From the NCBI GenBank assembly GCA_030834985.1, contig JAUQWV010000007.1, positions 4,321 to 68,320 on the forward strand: 64,000 bases of DNA. The letters run 5' to 3'. The number at the start of each line of letters is the position of its first letter. The first letter of the stretch is position 1. Both the position numbers and the translations under genes were made by a program. Origin of the DNA: Candidatus Dojkabacteria bacterium. Lineage in GTDB: Bacteria > Patescibacteriota > Dojkabacteria > J137. A model generated the notes under the pieces. The model made no database searches, was not told the origin of the DNA, and saw only the letters and a program-made list of their open reading frames with translations. Below are positions 44,746 to 53,772 of this stretch, one piece after another.

Positions 44746-45993
44746 TTATTTAAATGCTTCAAATAACTCTTCAAGGCTAACTTCTTTTGATTTAGACTCT
44801 GCTCTAACTTTGAGTTCAGCTTTTTCAGCTGTTCGTTTAGATATAACAACTCTGTAAGGAATACCTATTAAGTCAGCATCGGCAAATTTTTCGCCGGCAG
44901 ATGCATCTAATCTATCATCAAACAAAACTTCAACATTCATTTTTTTAAGTACCTGATAAACTGATTCTGCTTTCTGCTTTACATTTTCATCTTCTAGATT
45001 TAGTCCAATCAAATGTACTTTGTATGGTGCAACGGCTTCTGGCCAGATAATACCTTTTTCATCAGCAAAGCGTTCAACTAAAACGCCCATTAATCTTGTA
45101 ATTCCAATTCCATAAGAGCCTAAAATTACAGGTTTAGAGCTTCCATCTTCATCAACATAATTTAATCCAAGTTGATTAGATTTAGTTGGTCCAAAGCTGA
45201 ATATATTTCCAACTTCAGCAGTTTTTACCTGCTCCAGTTCATCTTTTTTTACTCCTAACTGATTCATTACCTCTTCCGTAAGAACTTCTTCATTAATAGC
45301 AAGCTTTTTTTCTCGATGTAAATAAACAGTATCTTCTCCTGCTTCTGTGATTGTTTGAAATTCATGACTGAATTGTGTAAATGCCCCGCCAGAAGCAAAG
45401 GTTAAGAAAGTTAAATCTCCTAAGCCTACCCTTTCAAAGACTTTTAGGTATGCATCAATAGTTGCATCATAAAATTTTTGATGAGCCTCTTCTGTTGTAG
45501 AATACGAATACATATCTTTCATTACAAATTCTCGGCCGCGCATAATTCCGCTTTTTGCTCTAAGCTCATTTCTTAATTTAGTTTGAAATTGGTATACATA
45601 TATAGGTAAATCTTTATAGCTATTGATGTAATTTTTCATCATTTCGCTTATTGGCTCTTCATGAGACCATCCAAAACCGACCTCTGTTCCATTTTTAAGA
45701 GCAGATTTAAACCAAACATCAACTTTTTCATCATCCCATCTATCTGTTTTTTCCCAAAGTTCTTTTCTTTGTAGTGCAGTCATAATAATTTCCTGGCCAC
45801 CAATATTGTTCATCTCTTCTCTAACAATCTGCTTAATCTTTTCAACTACTCTAAGACCTAATGGTAAGTAAGCATATGCTCCTGCCATTTCTTTATAGAT
45901 ATATCCTGCTTTAATAAGCAGCTGTGCATTTGAAGAAACCTCGTCTTTTGGAAAGTCTCTACTTGTTTTAGAAAATAATTGTGAATATCTCAT
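44746..45993 (-). CDS. proS: Prolyl-tRNA synthetase, short form without the INS editing domain
   Basis: QLLIKAGYI, KLRNELRAKSGIMRGREFVMKDMYS, GSYGIGITR and GEKFADADLIG motifs. Confidence 0.96.
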   Translation of the reverse strand: MRYSQLFSKTSRDFPKDEVSSNAQLLIKAGYIYKEMAGAYAYLPLGLRVVEKIKQIVREEMNNIGGQEIIMTALQRKELWEKTDRWDDEKVDVWFKSALKNGTEVGFGWSHEEPISEMMKNYINSYKDLPIYVYQFQTKLRNELRAKSGIMRGREFVMKDMYSYSTTEEAHQKFYDATIDAYLKVFERVGLGDLTFLTFASGGAFTQFSHEFQTITEAGEDTVYLHREKKLAINEEVLTEEVMNQLGVKKDELEQVKTAEVGNIFSFGPTKSNQLGLNYVDEDGSSKPVILGSYGIGITRLMGVLVERFADEKGIIWPEAVAPYKVHLIGLNLEDENVKQKAESVYQVLKKMNVEVLFDDRLDASAGEKFADADLIGIPYRVVISKRTAEKAELKVRAESKSKEVSLEELFEAFK

Positions 45994-46042
45994 AGTGTTA
46001 ATTTCGTTAAATAAAATTTTTGCAGACTAATAGTATAATAGT

Positions 46043-46888
46043 CTACACCTCGTCAATTTTCAAAAATCTCTTATGAATATTTGCTAAATATTCAAATCTA
46101 GCGGGTAAGGCGGGATTTTGCTCTAAGTACAGCACATCATAATAGACCTCTATGGGCAAAATCCCGCATACAGCTAAATTGGTTTGAGTAAGTAGATCCA
46201 TATATTTCTCTACGCTTTCTTCATCGTTTATATCAAAACTTATATTATCTGCAGTTGGAATTAAAGGCAAAAAGCTGGTCCGTTCTAATGCAGTAATCAT
46301 TGCAGCATTTGGACTAGTTGCAAACTTTCCGCTATTCATTCCGCCCCAACCATGAAGCCATTCATCTGGAAATGTGGCTATAGAGCCTGTATTGGCAACT
46401 TTTGCACCATTATTGGTTTCTGGTGAGCTTTCTTTTTTGCAAAAAGCGAAATAATCTAAAGTTCCAATAGTTCCGTATTCTCTTAAAGCTTCAACTATTT
46501 CACTCCCTGTACCGCCTTTATCCCAAATATCGTCAATAACAAGGTTATAGGCATTCTCAATATCTTGCGGCTGGTCAGAAAAAGAAAGCTCACCAGAAGA
46601 ATCTTCATCACAAAAAATTACACTGAGGGCATTTGCATAAAGCGCGTTTTCCTCGAATATGGCCATCAACTTCCTGTAGAATATCAAGCCTCCGTTTAAG
46701 GGAACAATAAGATTAACAGCTCTATTTTGCCCAATTGCTTCTATAATATTGCTATAGACCTCTATTGTTATTTGATCTAGTTTTCTTTGTGTAAATTCCA
46801 GGTATTCAAGATAGTTTTTTTCTGCAAACAGTTTCTCTGACTTTACTTCCGCAACTGTTAAGCCATTTGGCAATTCTAAAGCATCCAT
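46043..46888 (-). CDS. Divergent type I phosphoribosyltransferase-like protein (Hpt-like)
   Basis: PLNGGLIF, LVIDDIWDKGGT (PRPP motif) and DEWLHGWG; start set at ATG 46888. Confidence 0.6.
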   Translation of the reverse strand: MDALELPNGLTVAEVKSEKLFAEKNYLEYLEFTQRKLDQITIEVYSNIIEAIGQNRAVNLIVPLNGGLIFYRKLMAIFEENALYANALSVIFCDEDSSGELSFSDQPQDIENAYNLVIDDIWDKGGTGSEIVEALREYGTIGTLDYFAFCKKESSPETNNGAKVANTGSIATFPDEWLHGWGGMNSGKFATSPNAAMITALERTSFLPLIPTADNISFDINDEESVEKYMDLLTQTNLAVCGILPIEVYYDVLYLEQNPALPARFEYLANIHKRFLKIDEV

Positions 46889-46984
46889 ATGTAACTTATT
46901 TATTAAGCAAGTGATTATCATATCTTTTAGGGGTTTTTAGCAAGTGCTACAATTAAAAAGTTTTGAATTTGTAATACTAAAGTT

Positions 46985-47977
46985 ATGGATACATTTTCTA
47001 GGGAAAATATTGAAAATTTAGTTTCAGTTCCCTCTCATTCAGGTATTGCTCATTTTATTAGAAATATTGCAGGCCCAGTCCTTGATTGGTCAGGACTATT
47101 AGGTATTATAGTACTTTCTTTAGGCACTTTGATTATTCCAGCTATAAGCATAGTTTTGTTGCCTGCAGTGATATTTTTGGCGGTATATCAGCTTGTTTTA
47201 ATATATTTTTCTCAAATTAGATTTTACAAGATCAAAGTAAACTCATCGAAGATCGAACTGGGATTACCTAAACCTGTGAGCTTTGTTTTTGTAAGTGATA
47301 TTCATGTAGGAAGCGAATATGCTGCAACTAATAACAAAAGACTGCAAAAGATAGTAGATAAGATTAACGCCTTAAATCCGGAGCTAGTTTTATTTGGAGG
47401 TGATTTTTTTACAGAAAGAATTGAAGTAGAGCGGCTTCAGCTTTTAAATGGTGTAAAAGCTCCGCTGCAGTTTGGCGTTTATGGAAACCACGATGCCTAT
47501 TATCTAAAGAATAATGTAAGCTATACACTTCCAACAAAATTCTTAGAAGCGATAAAAACAACAAATATTAAGCTTTTAATTAATGAATCTGTTAATTTAC
47601 AGGTGAATGGAGTAGATTTATGTATTGCAGGTATTCCGGATTTATATTCAAAAAATTTTGATATTAAAAAGGCGTTTGCCGACGCTAGTCCTGGCACTAA
47701 GAGAATCTTACTTTCACATAATCCTGATGTTATTGATTTTATAAAAGAAGAGGATAATATAGATTTACTTCTAAGCGGCCATAATCATTCTGGACAGATA
47801 TTTTTGCCTGTTATTGGAGCCGCGCTCCCAATGCCTACAAAACGTAGATGGTTAACAAAAGGACTATTTCAGATAACTAAAAATACAAAGCTTTTCTTGT
47901 CACAAGGAGTTGGCTATTCTGGCAGCAGGCTTAGAATAAATACAGATGCTGAAATTTGCGATATAACATTAACTTAA
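46985..47977 (+). CDS. Membrane-anchored metallophosphoesterase (YkuE/YaeI-like)
   Basis: SDIH, GGDF, GNHD, LSHNP and SGHNHSGQ motifs. Confidence 0.9.
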   Translation: MDTFSRENIENLVSVPSHSGIAHFIRNIAGPVLDWSGLLGIIVLSLGTLIIPAISIVLLPAVIFLAVYQLVLIYFSQIRFYKIKVNSSKIELGLPKPVSFVFVSDIHVGSEYAATNNKRLQKIVDKINALNPELVLFGGDFFTERIEVERLQLLNGVKAPLQFGVYGNHDAYYLKNNVSYTLPTKFLEAIKTTNIKLLINESVNLQVNGVDLCIAGIPDLYSKNFDIKKAFADASPGTKRILLSHNPDVIDFIKEEDNIDLLLSGHNHSGQIFLPVIGAALPMPTKRRWLTKGLFQITKNTKLFLSQGVGYSGSRLRINTDAEICDITLT

Positions 47978-49209
47978 GGTTTGTAGTCTTCAATTACACT
48001 GTCAAAGAAAGTTGCAAAGGCAGCTAAAAAATCTCTTACCTGCTCTACTTTGTCCCATTTGATTCTGTCTATTGTATCTTTTGTGCTATGGTAATGAGCA
48101 GGGTAGCCCTGTGTTGGTAATGTTGTTACCATTCCCATAACTCTATATCCATTTAGTAATACCTCTTGATTGTCAGTAGGAGCTGGGCTTGCCGATATCT
48201 TAAAGTTACCTGCTAAGAATTCATCAGCAAATTCTACCAGAAGCTCAAAAGAGGAATCGTACTCCGTAGGCAAGCCCAGCGGATACGAAGGCTCTGAATG
48301 CATCAAAACAACCTCTTCTTCTCCAATGCAATCTAAGTCTAAGATTAAAGTTGTAGATTTATCTAAATTTAATGCGTTTAATAAAGGAATAGTTCCTCGG
48401 GTTAAAGTTTCCTCTGCTGCTACATTTGCAAAAATTAATCTGGTATTTGTTAAGGGTACTTTAGAAAATATACTTGCCAATTCCACTACTAAAGATGTTC
48501 CTACTCCATTGTCATAAGCACCAGCTGAGTATCTATTATTACTATTTCTAAGAAGTAATATACTTACTATCAAAGGAACTCCAGCTAAAAATGCAAAAAA
48601 GAATTTTCCTGCGGTGTCAGGAATAAAGATAGATAGTAATGTAAGCACAAAGCTTATATTTGCAAATATTAGAGGATTGTTTACAAAATCTGGAATAGTG
48701 ATATTTCTGATATTTGGATCTCTAAACTGGCTAGCAATTAATTGATTAAAGATAGGCCCCAAAATACCAACAATCTGGCCATAATCGTTACCTGTATCAT
48801 AATGTCCAGTTACTACAAGCGTATATTTAGCTTGCCCGGCTGCCGGGATGTCTACATATATATTTTTAGATACTGTCGGTTTTACAGACTTTAAAAACCT
48901 AAAGGGTAAGCCAAAAAGCCTTAAATAAACCAAGATTGAGAATACAAATACAATTAAAGTCAGCACTGTTATATTTAAAAAATTCACAAGAAGAGTTAGT
49001 AAAACAAGTGCAAAGCTTATTATAAGATGCAGATTTAAGCTGTTTTTTAACGTTCTTGATTCTACTTCTTTAGCCCGCATACCAAAATATGAATAGACAT
49101 TCTTTAGGTATTCACCGGCTTTTTCTTCATAAATGGTGCCTGAGCCTCTGTGAGGTAATTCCATCATTTTTGTAAGAATCTCTTGTGCTAAGGTCATATT
49201 TAAATACAT
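47974..49209 (-). CDS. Membrane-embedded M28 family peptidase
   Basis: GHYDT, GAYDNGVG, AEE, DLDCIG and YHSTKD motifs; four TM helices. Confidence 0.85.
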   Translation of the reverse strand: MYLNMTLAQEILTKMMELPHRGSGTIYEEKAGEYLKNVYSYFGMRAKEVESRTLKNSLNLHLIISFALVLLTLLVNFLNITVLTLIVFVFSILVYLRLFGLPFRFLKSVKPTVSKNIYVDIPAAGQAKYTLVVTGHYDTGNDYGQIVGILGPIFNQLIASQFRDPNIRNITIPDFVNNPLIFANISFVLTLLSIFIPDTAGKFFFAFLAGVPLIVSILLLRNSNNRYSAGAYDNGVGTSLVVELASIFSKVPLTNTRLIFANVAAEETLTRGTIPLLNALNLDKSTTLILDLDCIGEEEVVLMHSEPSYPLGLPTEYDSSFELLVEFADEFLAGNFKISASPAPTDNQEVLLNGYRVMGMVTTLPTQGYPAHYHSTKDTIDRIKWDKVEQVRDFLAAFATFFDSVIEDYKP

Positions 49210-49304
49210 TATATATTTTTTCAGAAACTTCTTCAGTTCCTTTCTAATTAAATTTACAGGATTTTGCTTGTCTTTACCATGCTTAAGTTTTTGGCGGTTT
49301 AGGC

Positions 49305-49333
49305 TTGTACTTTTAGCTTATTTGTATTATCAT
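49305..49333 (+). promoter_or_regulatory. rplU-rpmA promoter
   Basis: TTGTAC-17 bp-TATCAT. Confidence 0.55.
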
Positions 49334-49358
49334 TCCTAAGCTATTTTAACTAGAAATT

Positions 49359-49673
49359 ATGAGTAAATTTGCGATTTTAAAGCTTGGAAAAAGCCAATAT
49401 TCAGTAGAAGAAGGCAAGGAATATGAAGTACCAAAATTTGCAGCAGAAGTTGGGAAACTAACTTTAGATGATGTTCTAGCTGCAGGTGATGATAAAGATA
49501 TTGTTGTTGGAATGCCTAATGTAGACAAGGCTAAAGTAGAGATTGAAGTATTGGAGCACGCAAAAGGCGAAAAAGTAAATACTAAAATTTTTAAGGCTAA
49601 ATCTAGATATCGAAGATCAAGAGGCTTTAGAAAGCAGGTAACTAAATTTAAAGTATTATCAATTAAATACTAA
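49359..49673 (+). CDS. rplU: 50S ribosomal protein L21
   Basis: FAILKLGKSQYSVEEG, KGEKV and YRRSRGFRK motifs. Confidence 0.95.
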   Translation: MSKFAILKLGKSQYSVEEGKEYEVPKFAAEVGKLTLDDVLAAGDDKDIVVGMPNVDKAKVEIEVLEHAKGEKVNTKIFKAKSRYRRSRGFRKQVTKFKVLSIKY

Positions 49674-49696
49674 TAGGTAATTTTTAACTTTTATAT

Positions 49697-49990
49697 ATGG
49701 CACATTCAGCCGCAACCGGTTCAGCAAAAAGAACAGTAGATGTAGCAGGAAAAAGACTGGGAGTCAAAAGATTCGGCGGTCAATATGTTAATGCCGGCGA
49801 GATTATTATTCGACAAAGAGGATCAAAATTTTATCCAGGTAAAAACACATCAGTTGGAAGAGATTTTACTATATTTGCAAAAGAAGCTGGATATGTTCAT
49901 TTTAGAAGAATGACAGGTTTTAAAAGAACACAAAAATACGTTGATGTTTTACCACAACCAGTAAAGGAAGATTTAGCCGAGACTAAATAA
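49697..49990 (+). CDS. rpmA: 50S ribosomal protein L27
   Basis: MAH..GS, KRLGVKRFGGQ, IIIRQRG and GRDFTIFA motifs. Confidence 0.97.
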   Translation: MAHSAATGSAKRTVDVAGKRLGVKRFGGQYVNAGEIIIRQRGSKFYPGKNTSVGRDFTIFAKEAGYVHFRRMTGFKRTQKYVDVLPQPVKEDLAETK

Positions 49991-50013
49991 CCTTACATTG
50001 ATTTAAGATTTTC

Positions 50014-50047
50014 AACCCTGTAATATTAATTTATTGCAGGGTTTTTT
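50014..50047 (+). terminator. Intrinsic terminator after rpmA
   Basis: Stem AACCCTGTAATA/TATTGCAGGGTT followed by a T-tract. Confidence 0.75.
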
Positions 50048-50068
50048 AATATCTTTTCTAAAAAACAT

Positions 50069-50443
50069 ATGATCAAAAAGCATCTAAAAAGCTATAAGCA
50101 TGCCAAAGAAGGTTTTTTTGAGTTACTTACTATTGAAAATCATAATTTTATAGTTGAACTGGTTATTACCGCAGTTGTTTTAATACTTGCTCTTGTTTTT
50201 AATTTAAATTCTACAGAATGGATATTCGTGATTTTTTCATGCGGCTTCGTACTAACTACTGAAATAATCAACACGGCTATCGAAGCCGCATGCGACGCAA
50301 TCGATACTAAACCCAACGCTCAAATAAAGCTTGCTAAAGATGTAGCAGCTAGTGCTGTAGTTATGAGTGCAGTAACTACGCTTATAGTAGGTTTAATGAT
50401 ATTTACTCCTAAGGTGATAATTTTAATCTCTTCTGTACGATAG
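50069..50443 (+). CDS. dgkA: Diacylglycerol/undecaprenol kinase (DgkA family)
   Basis: EIINTAIEAACD and AKDVAASAV motifs; three TM helices. Confidence 0.9.
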   Translation: MIKKHLKSYKHAKEGFFELLTIENHNFIVELVITAVVLILALVFNLNSTEWIFVIFSCGFVLTTEIINTAIEAACDAIDTKPNAQIKLAKDVAASAVVMSAVTTLIVGLMIFTPKVIILISSVR

Positions 50444-50455
50444 TCTAGGAATTAA

Positions 50456-50977
50456 TTACATTTTGGCAAAAATGCGCTCAACTGTTTGCCAAGTACGTGT
50501 TGTAATCCCTTTACCAAAGTTTTTTTCTAATGTAAGCATGGCTTCTGGAGTCTTAACAACATCTAAATCTACTGTGTAGCAAAATACGCCGCCCACTAAT
50601 CCATAGCTTTTAAAATATTTACTGCCTTCCGGTAACTCACTTCTTTTTGGTGGCTGTTTAAAAAAAGTAACATTAGGCTTACCTTTAACGGCATTTTTGA
50701 AAGGATTTTTTTCAAGTAATCTTTGAATATTTTCTTTACTTTCTACAATTGTGGAAGAAGAAAACCCTAAAAGCTTCGGTAGCGCTGTTTCAATTTTGCT
50801 TTCCAGTGCCTGACTATCATTTGAAGAAGACTCAAATATTACATTTCCACTTGAAATAACTGTGCGCACATTTTTAAAGCCCATCTCTTCAAAAGCCTGC
50901 TTTAATTTTGCTGACTGCATATTAGGATTCATTGGCATAATACCTCGCAAAAGTGCTACAAAAGTATTTTTGCCCAT
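50456..50977 (-). CDS. DUF1697 family protein
   Basis: FVALLRGI, GFKNVRTVISSGNVIF and TTRTWQTV motifs. Confidence 0.85.
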   Translation of the reverse strand: MGKNTFVALLRGIMPMNPNMQSAKLKQAFEEMGFKNVRTVISSGNVIFESSSNDSQALESKIETALPKLLGFSSSTIVESKENIQRLLEKNPFKNAVKGKPNVTFFKQPPKRSELPEGSKYFKSYGLVGGVFCYTVDLDVVKTPEAMLTLEKNFGKGITTRTWQTVERIFAKM

Positions 50978-50982
50978 AATTT

Positions 50983-51399
50983 TTATGCCTGTGGGTTAAA
51001 ATCTGGGCTCATCCATAGAGGCTCCCAGATGTGACCGTCTAGATCTTCTACCTCATAGCCGAACATTGCATCTTCAGACATACCCATGTCGACTCTATAA
51101 TAGTCACCTCCATTTGCTTTTGCAGTGTCTGCAAATTTCTGAACATCTTCTTTTGAATCAAATGATAAAGCTAAAAGCACACTACTAGTTTTTTTAGTAT
51201 CTGCAATCTCACGGTTACGTGGAAATTTTTTGTAGAAATCATGGACTAGCAACATTACGACAATGTCGTCTGACCATTGCATAGCACTTGCATTTTCGTC
51301 TGAAAACATTGGATTCTTTACAAAGCCAAGTGCTTCATAAAATGCTGTTGATTTAGCAAGATCAGTAACTGGTAAATTTATATATATTTGTTTACTCAT
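50983..51399 (-). CDS. VOC/glyoxalase family protein
   Basis: INLPVTDLAKSTAFYEALGF and EDLDGHIWE motifs. Confidence 0.9.
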   Translation of the reverse strand: MSKQIYINLPVTDLAKSTAFYEALGFVKNPMFSDENASAMQWSDDIVVMLLVHDFYKKFPRNREIADTKKTSSVLLALSFDSKEDVQKFADTAKANGGDYYRVDMGMSEDAMFGYEVEDLDGHIWEPLWMSPDFNPQA

Positions 51400-51464
51400 A
51401 CTTTTTATTCTAATAATTATTGTGTACTAGAATAATATACCATGGATTATGCTTAAGACCGCGT

Positions 51465-52055
51465 TTAAAAATCGATGAGTATTAGTTTTTCTGTCTTATT
51501 GTTCCAAATATAGTTACCGAAGTTAACTAAATCTGGCATCTGTCTTGGAGGTTCGAAATCTGGATCAAATATCTCTTCTGCTGTAGGAATATACATATCA
51601 TCAAAGCCAAACTCTTTGGCTTCCTGGGGATTATTATTTACATATGTAGTTAGTATTTCTAGCATTAGCCGGTATTGAGACCGAACAGCTGGGTTGTTAG
51701 TTACTATTTGTCGGGATAGTTTCTGACCTGGAATATATTCCTGGAAAGCTGCGATTGTTAATTCCCCATTAGTATCTTTTATTACATACTCAGGAACTGC
51801 AAAAGAATCACCGAATACTCTATAGTAAAAGTCAGCTTCTTTTAATTTATATTCTGCAATTTTATATGGGTCTGTAATTGAGGGAGGGCCAAACAAGCCG
51901 CCAATGGTAGGAACATGCATTTTTTCTGGATCATATTCTTTATAAACTCTAGTAGGATTTCCCTGCGAGTCTAAAAGTATCGAAATGCTCTTGGCTTCAT
52001 ACCCAGTTTCTATACTTTTTGCGGTTAGTGTATTAGAGAAGATTCTGTTATCCAT
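51465..52055 (-). CDS. Minimal protein-kinase-like fold protein
   Basis: GYEAK loop, VYKEY, FQEYIPG hinge, DLVNFGN and LIDF then stop; start set at ATG 52055. Confidence 0.55.
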   Translation of the reverse strand: MDNRIFSNTLTAKSIETGYEAKSISILLDSQGNPTRVYKEYDPEKMHVPTIGGLFGPPSITDPYKIAEYKLKEADFYYRVFGDSFAVPEYVIKDTNGELTIAAFQEYIPGQKLSRQIVTNNPAVRSQYRLMLEILTTYVNNNPQEAKEFGFDDMYIPTAEEIFDPDFEPPRQMPDLVNFGNYIWNNKTEKLILIDF

Positions 52056-52108
52056 TTTCATAATTCTAACAATAGTTACATTTAGGCTCAATGAAGAATT
52101 TTATCAAT

Positions 52109-52194
52109 TGCTGAAGACAGGACTTGAACCTGCACCCCATTTAATTGGGACAACGACCTCAACGTTGCGCGTATACCAATTCCGCCACTTCAGC
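52109..52194 (-). tRNA. tRNA-Leu(GAG)
   Basis: GCTGAAG/CTTCAGC acceptor, CAACG-TTGAGGT-CGTTG anticodon arm, long variable arm, T-loop TTCAAGT. Confidence 0.95.
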
Positions 52195-52202
52195 ATAAAT
52201 TG

Positions 52203-52697
52203 TTAAGTACGTCTAAACCCTTTTTGACGAAGATCTTCGTAGGTTAATGGCTTTTTTGTTGGGTTTAAGTTTTTCATTTTTGAAATTCTAAAAAAAGCCA
52301 TTACATGATCTCCTCCAAAATCATCCCATTTAAAAACTTCAAGCCATATTGCTGATATTGCAGTTTTTAAATAAGGAAGTGCACGTTCATCGTACATTAA
52401 TCTATCTTCTAAGCCCTTTAATTTATCAAAATATCTGCCTGACTTATAGCCTAGTGTTCGTACTAAATCTATGTCTTCGTAAGATAAATACTGCAGAATA
52501 CATTTAGGATTAGTCTTTAAGTTTTCAAACGTCTTAGTATGCTTTTGGATAGCAATAGCCATGAACTTTGGATTCGCAGATACCTTAGTTACATAAGTAC
52601 AAATATTCATATTAGCTTTAGGAGCTTTTTCTAGGGTCGACAAAGCATAAACCTGAAAGTTTACAATATTCCACGGATTCTTTCGGCTAACAGCCAT
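52203..52697 (-). CDS. Flavin-reductase-like FMN-binding protein
   Basis: VSANPK, KTFENLK, LGYKSGR..DKL and GDH motifs. Confidence 0.8.
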   Translation of the reverse strand: MAVSRKNPWNIVNFQVYALSTLEKAPKANMNICTYVTKVSANPKFMAIAIQKHTKTFENLKTNPKCILQYLSYEDIDLVRTLGYKSGRYFDKLKGLEDRLMYDERALPYLKTAISAIWLEVFKWDDFGGDHVMAFFRISKMKNLNPTKKPLTYEDLRQKGFRRT

Positions 52698-52755
52698 ATT
52701 CAAAAACCTTTATATGCATGGATTATACAATAAGTAATGTTTAGGGCGAAATTCC

Positions 52756-53772
52756 TTACAAAATTCCGCTGGCTATAAGACTTGAATACAGATTATATAA
52801 GGCAAAAAGGATTACTATTAATCCGGCAGTTTTGAAGAAAACTGATGATTGCAATGTTTTAGACAACTTAATAGAGGCAAAACTGATTAATGCTAAAACC
52901 GGAAATGTACCAAGTGCAAATACAAACATTGTTATAGCGCCATTCACAAAACTGCCGGTACCTAAAGAAAATATCTGCATGCTTTGTGTAAAGCCGCAAG
53001 GCAAGAAGAACGTTATTGCTCCTAAGATAGCTGGAGTTATTAAATTGATTTTTCCTTTTTGTTCATCTGAATTTAAATGTGACTTAACAAGGGACTTAGG
53101 CATTCGAGGCAATAGTTTGGTAGCAAACTCAAAGCCTAACAGATTTAATCCCATTAAAACTAAGACAAGAAACAAAATTAGGTTTATTATAAGTGTTGTT
53201 TGCATTGTTAAGGTAAATGCTGAGCCGATTAGCCCAATCACTCCACCTAAAACGAAAAACGATACTAATCGGCTCATATGAAATGTTATTAAGGCTTTAG
53301 TAGCTCCAACTTTTGCGTATTGACTTGAGATCGATAAAACTAAGCTACCTACAACTGCCATGCAAGTAGAAATTGAGGCGATTATTCCAATGAAAAATAC
53401 GAATGCTAAATTAATTTCAGCAGCGCCGTAGTTTTCTGCAATTCCGGTTGCTTGAATTCCAAAGAATATAGCAACAACTAAGATTGCAATAGCTAAGGCT
53501 GTAATGTAATCTCGAAGTTCTTTTTTTGAAAGAGATCTTTTATTTTTTACACTATTATCTTCTAAAGAATAACCGTCTTCATTGATTTGAGAATCTATCT
53601 TATTTTTTAAAGAAGATAAATCAGTATTATCTTTGACTTGTAGATGCAGAGTGCCGCTTGAAAGCTTAGCGTCTGCTTTTTTAACACCATCTAATTTGGA
53701 AACTTTATTTTCTATAACTAGTTCGCAAGCGGCACATTTCATGCCGTTTATTTTTAATTCTACTTCTTTCAT
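52756..53772 (-). CDS. Heavy-metal-associated domain fused to a DsbD_2/TauE-SafE-like membrane domain
   Basis: GMKCAAC, STCMAVVG, LPCGFTQ and FALGT motifs. Confidence 0.88.
   Translation of the reverse strand: MKEVELKINGMKCAACELVIENKVSKLDGVKKADAKLSSGTLHLQVKDNTDLSSLKNKIDSQINEDGYSLEDNSVKNKRSLSKKELRDYITALAIAILVVAIFFGIQATGIAENYGAAEINLAFVFFIGIIASISTCMAVVGSLVLSISSQYAKVGATKALITFHMSRLVSFFVLGGVIGLIGSAFTLTMQTTLIINLILFLVLVLMGLNLLGFEFATKLLPRMPKSLVKSHLNSDEQKGKINLITPAILGAITFFLPCGFTQSMQIFSLGTGSFVNGAITMFVFALGTFPVLALISFASIKLSKTLQSSVFFKTAGLIVILFALYNLYSSLIASGIL

Noticed and set aside
29390-46042. T-box riboswitches upstream of leuS, thrS and proS
   Set aside because: The leaders are too short and lack the UGGNACC T-box motif and terminators.
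51985-52206. 73-aa plus-strand ORF
   Set aside because: Antisense to tRNA-Leu and the kinase-like gene.
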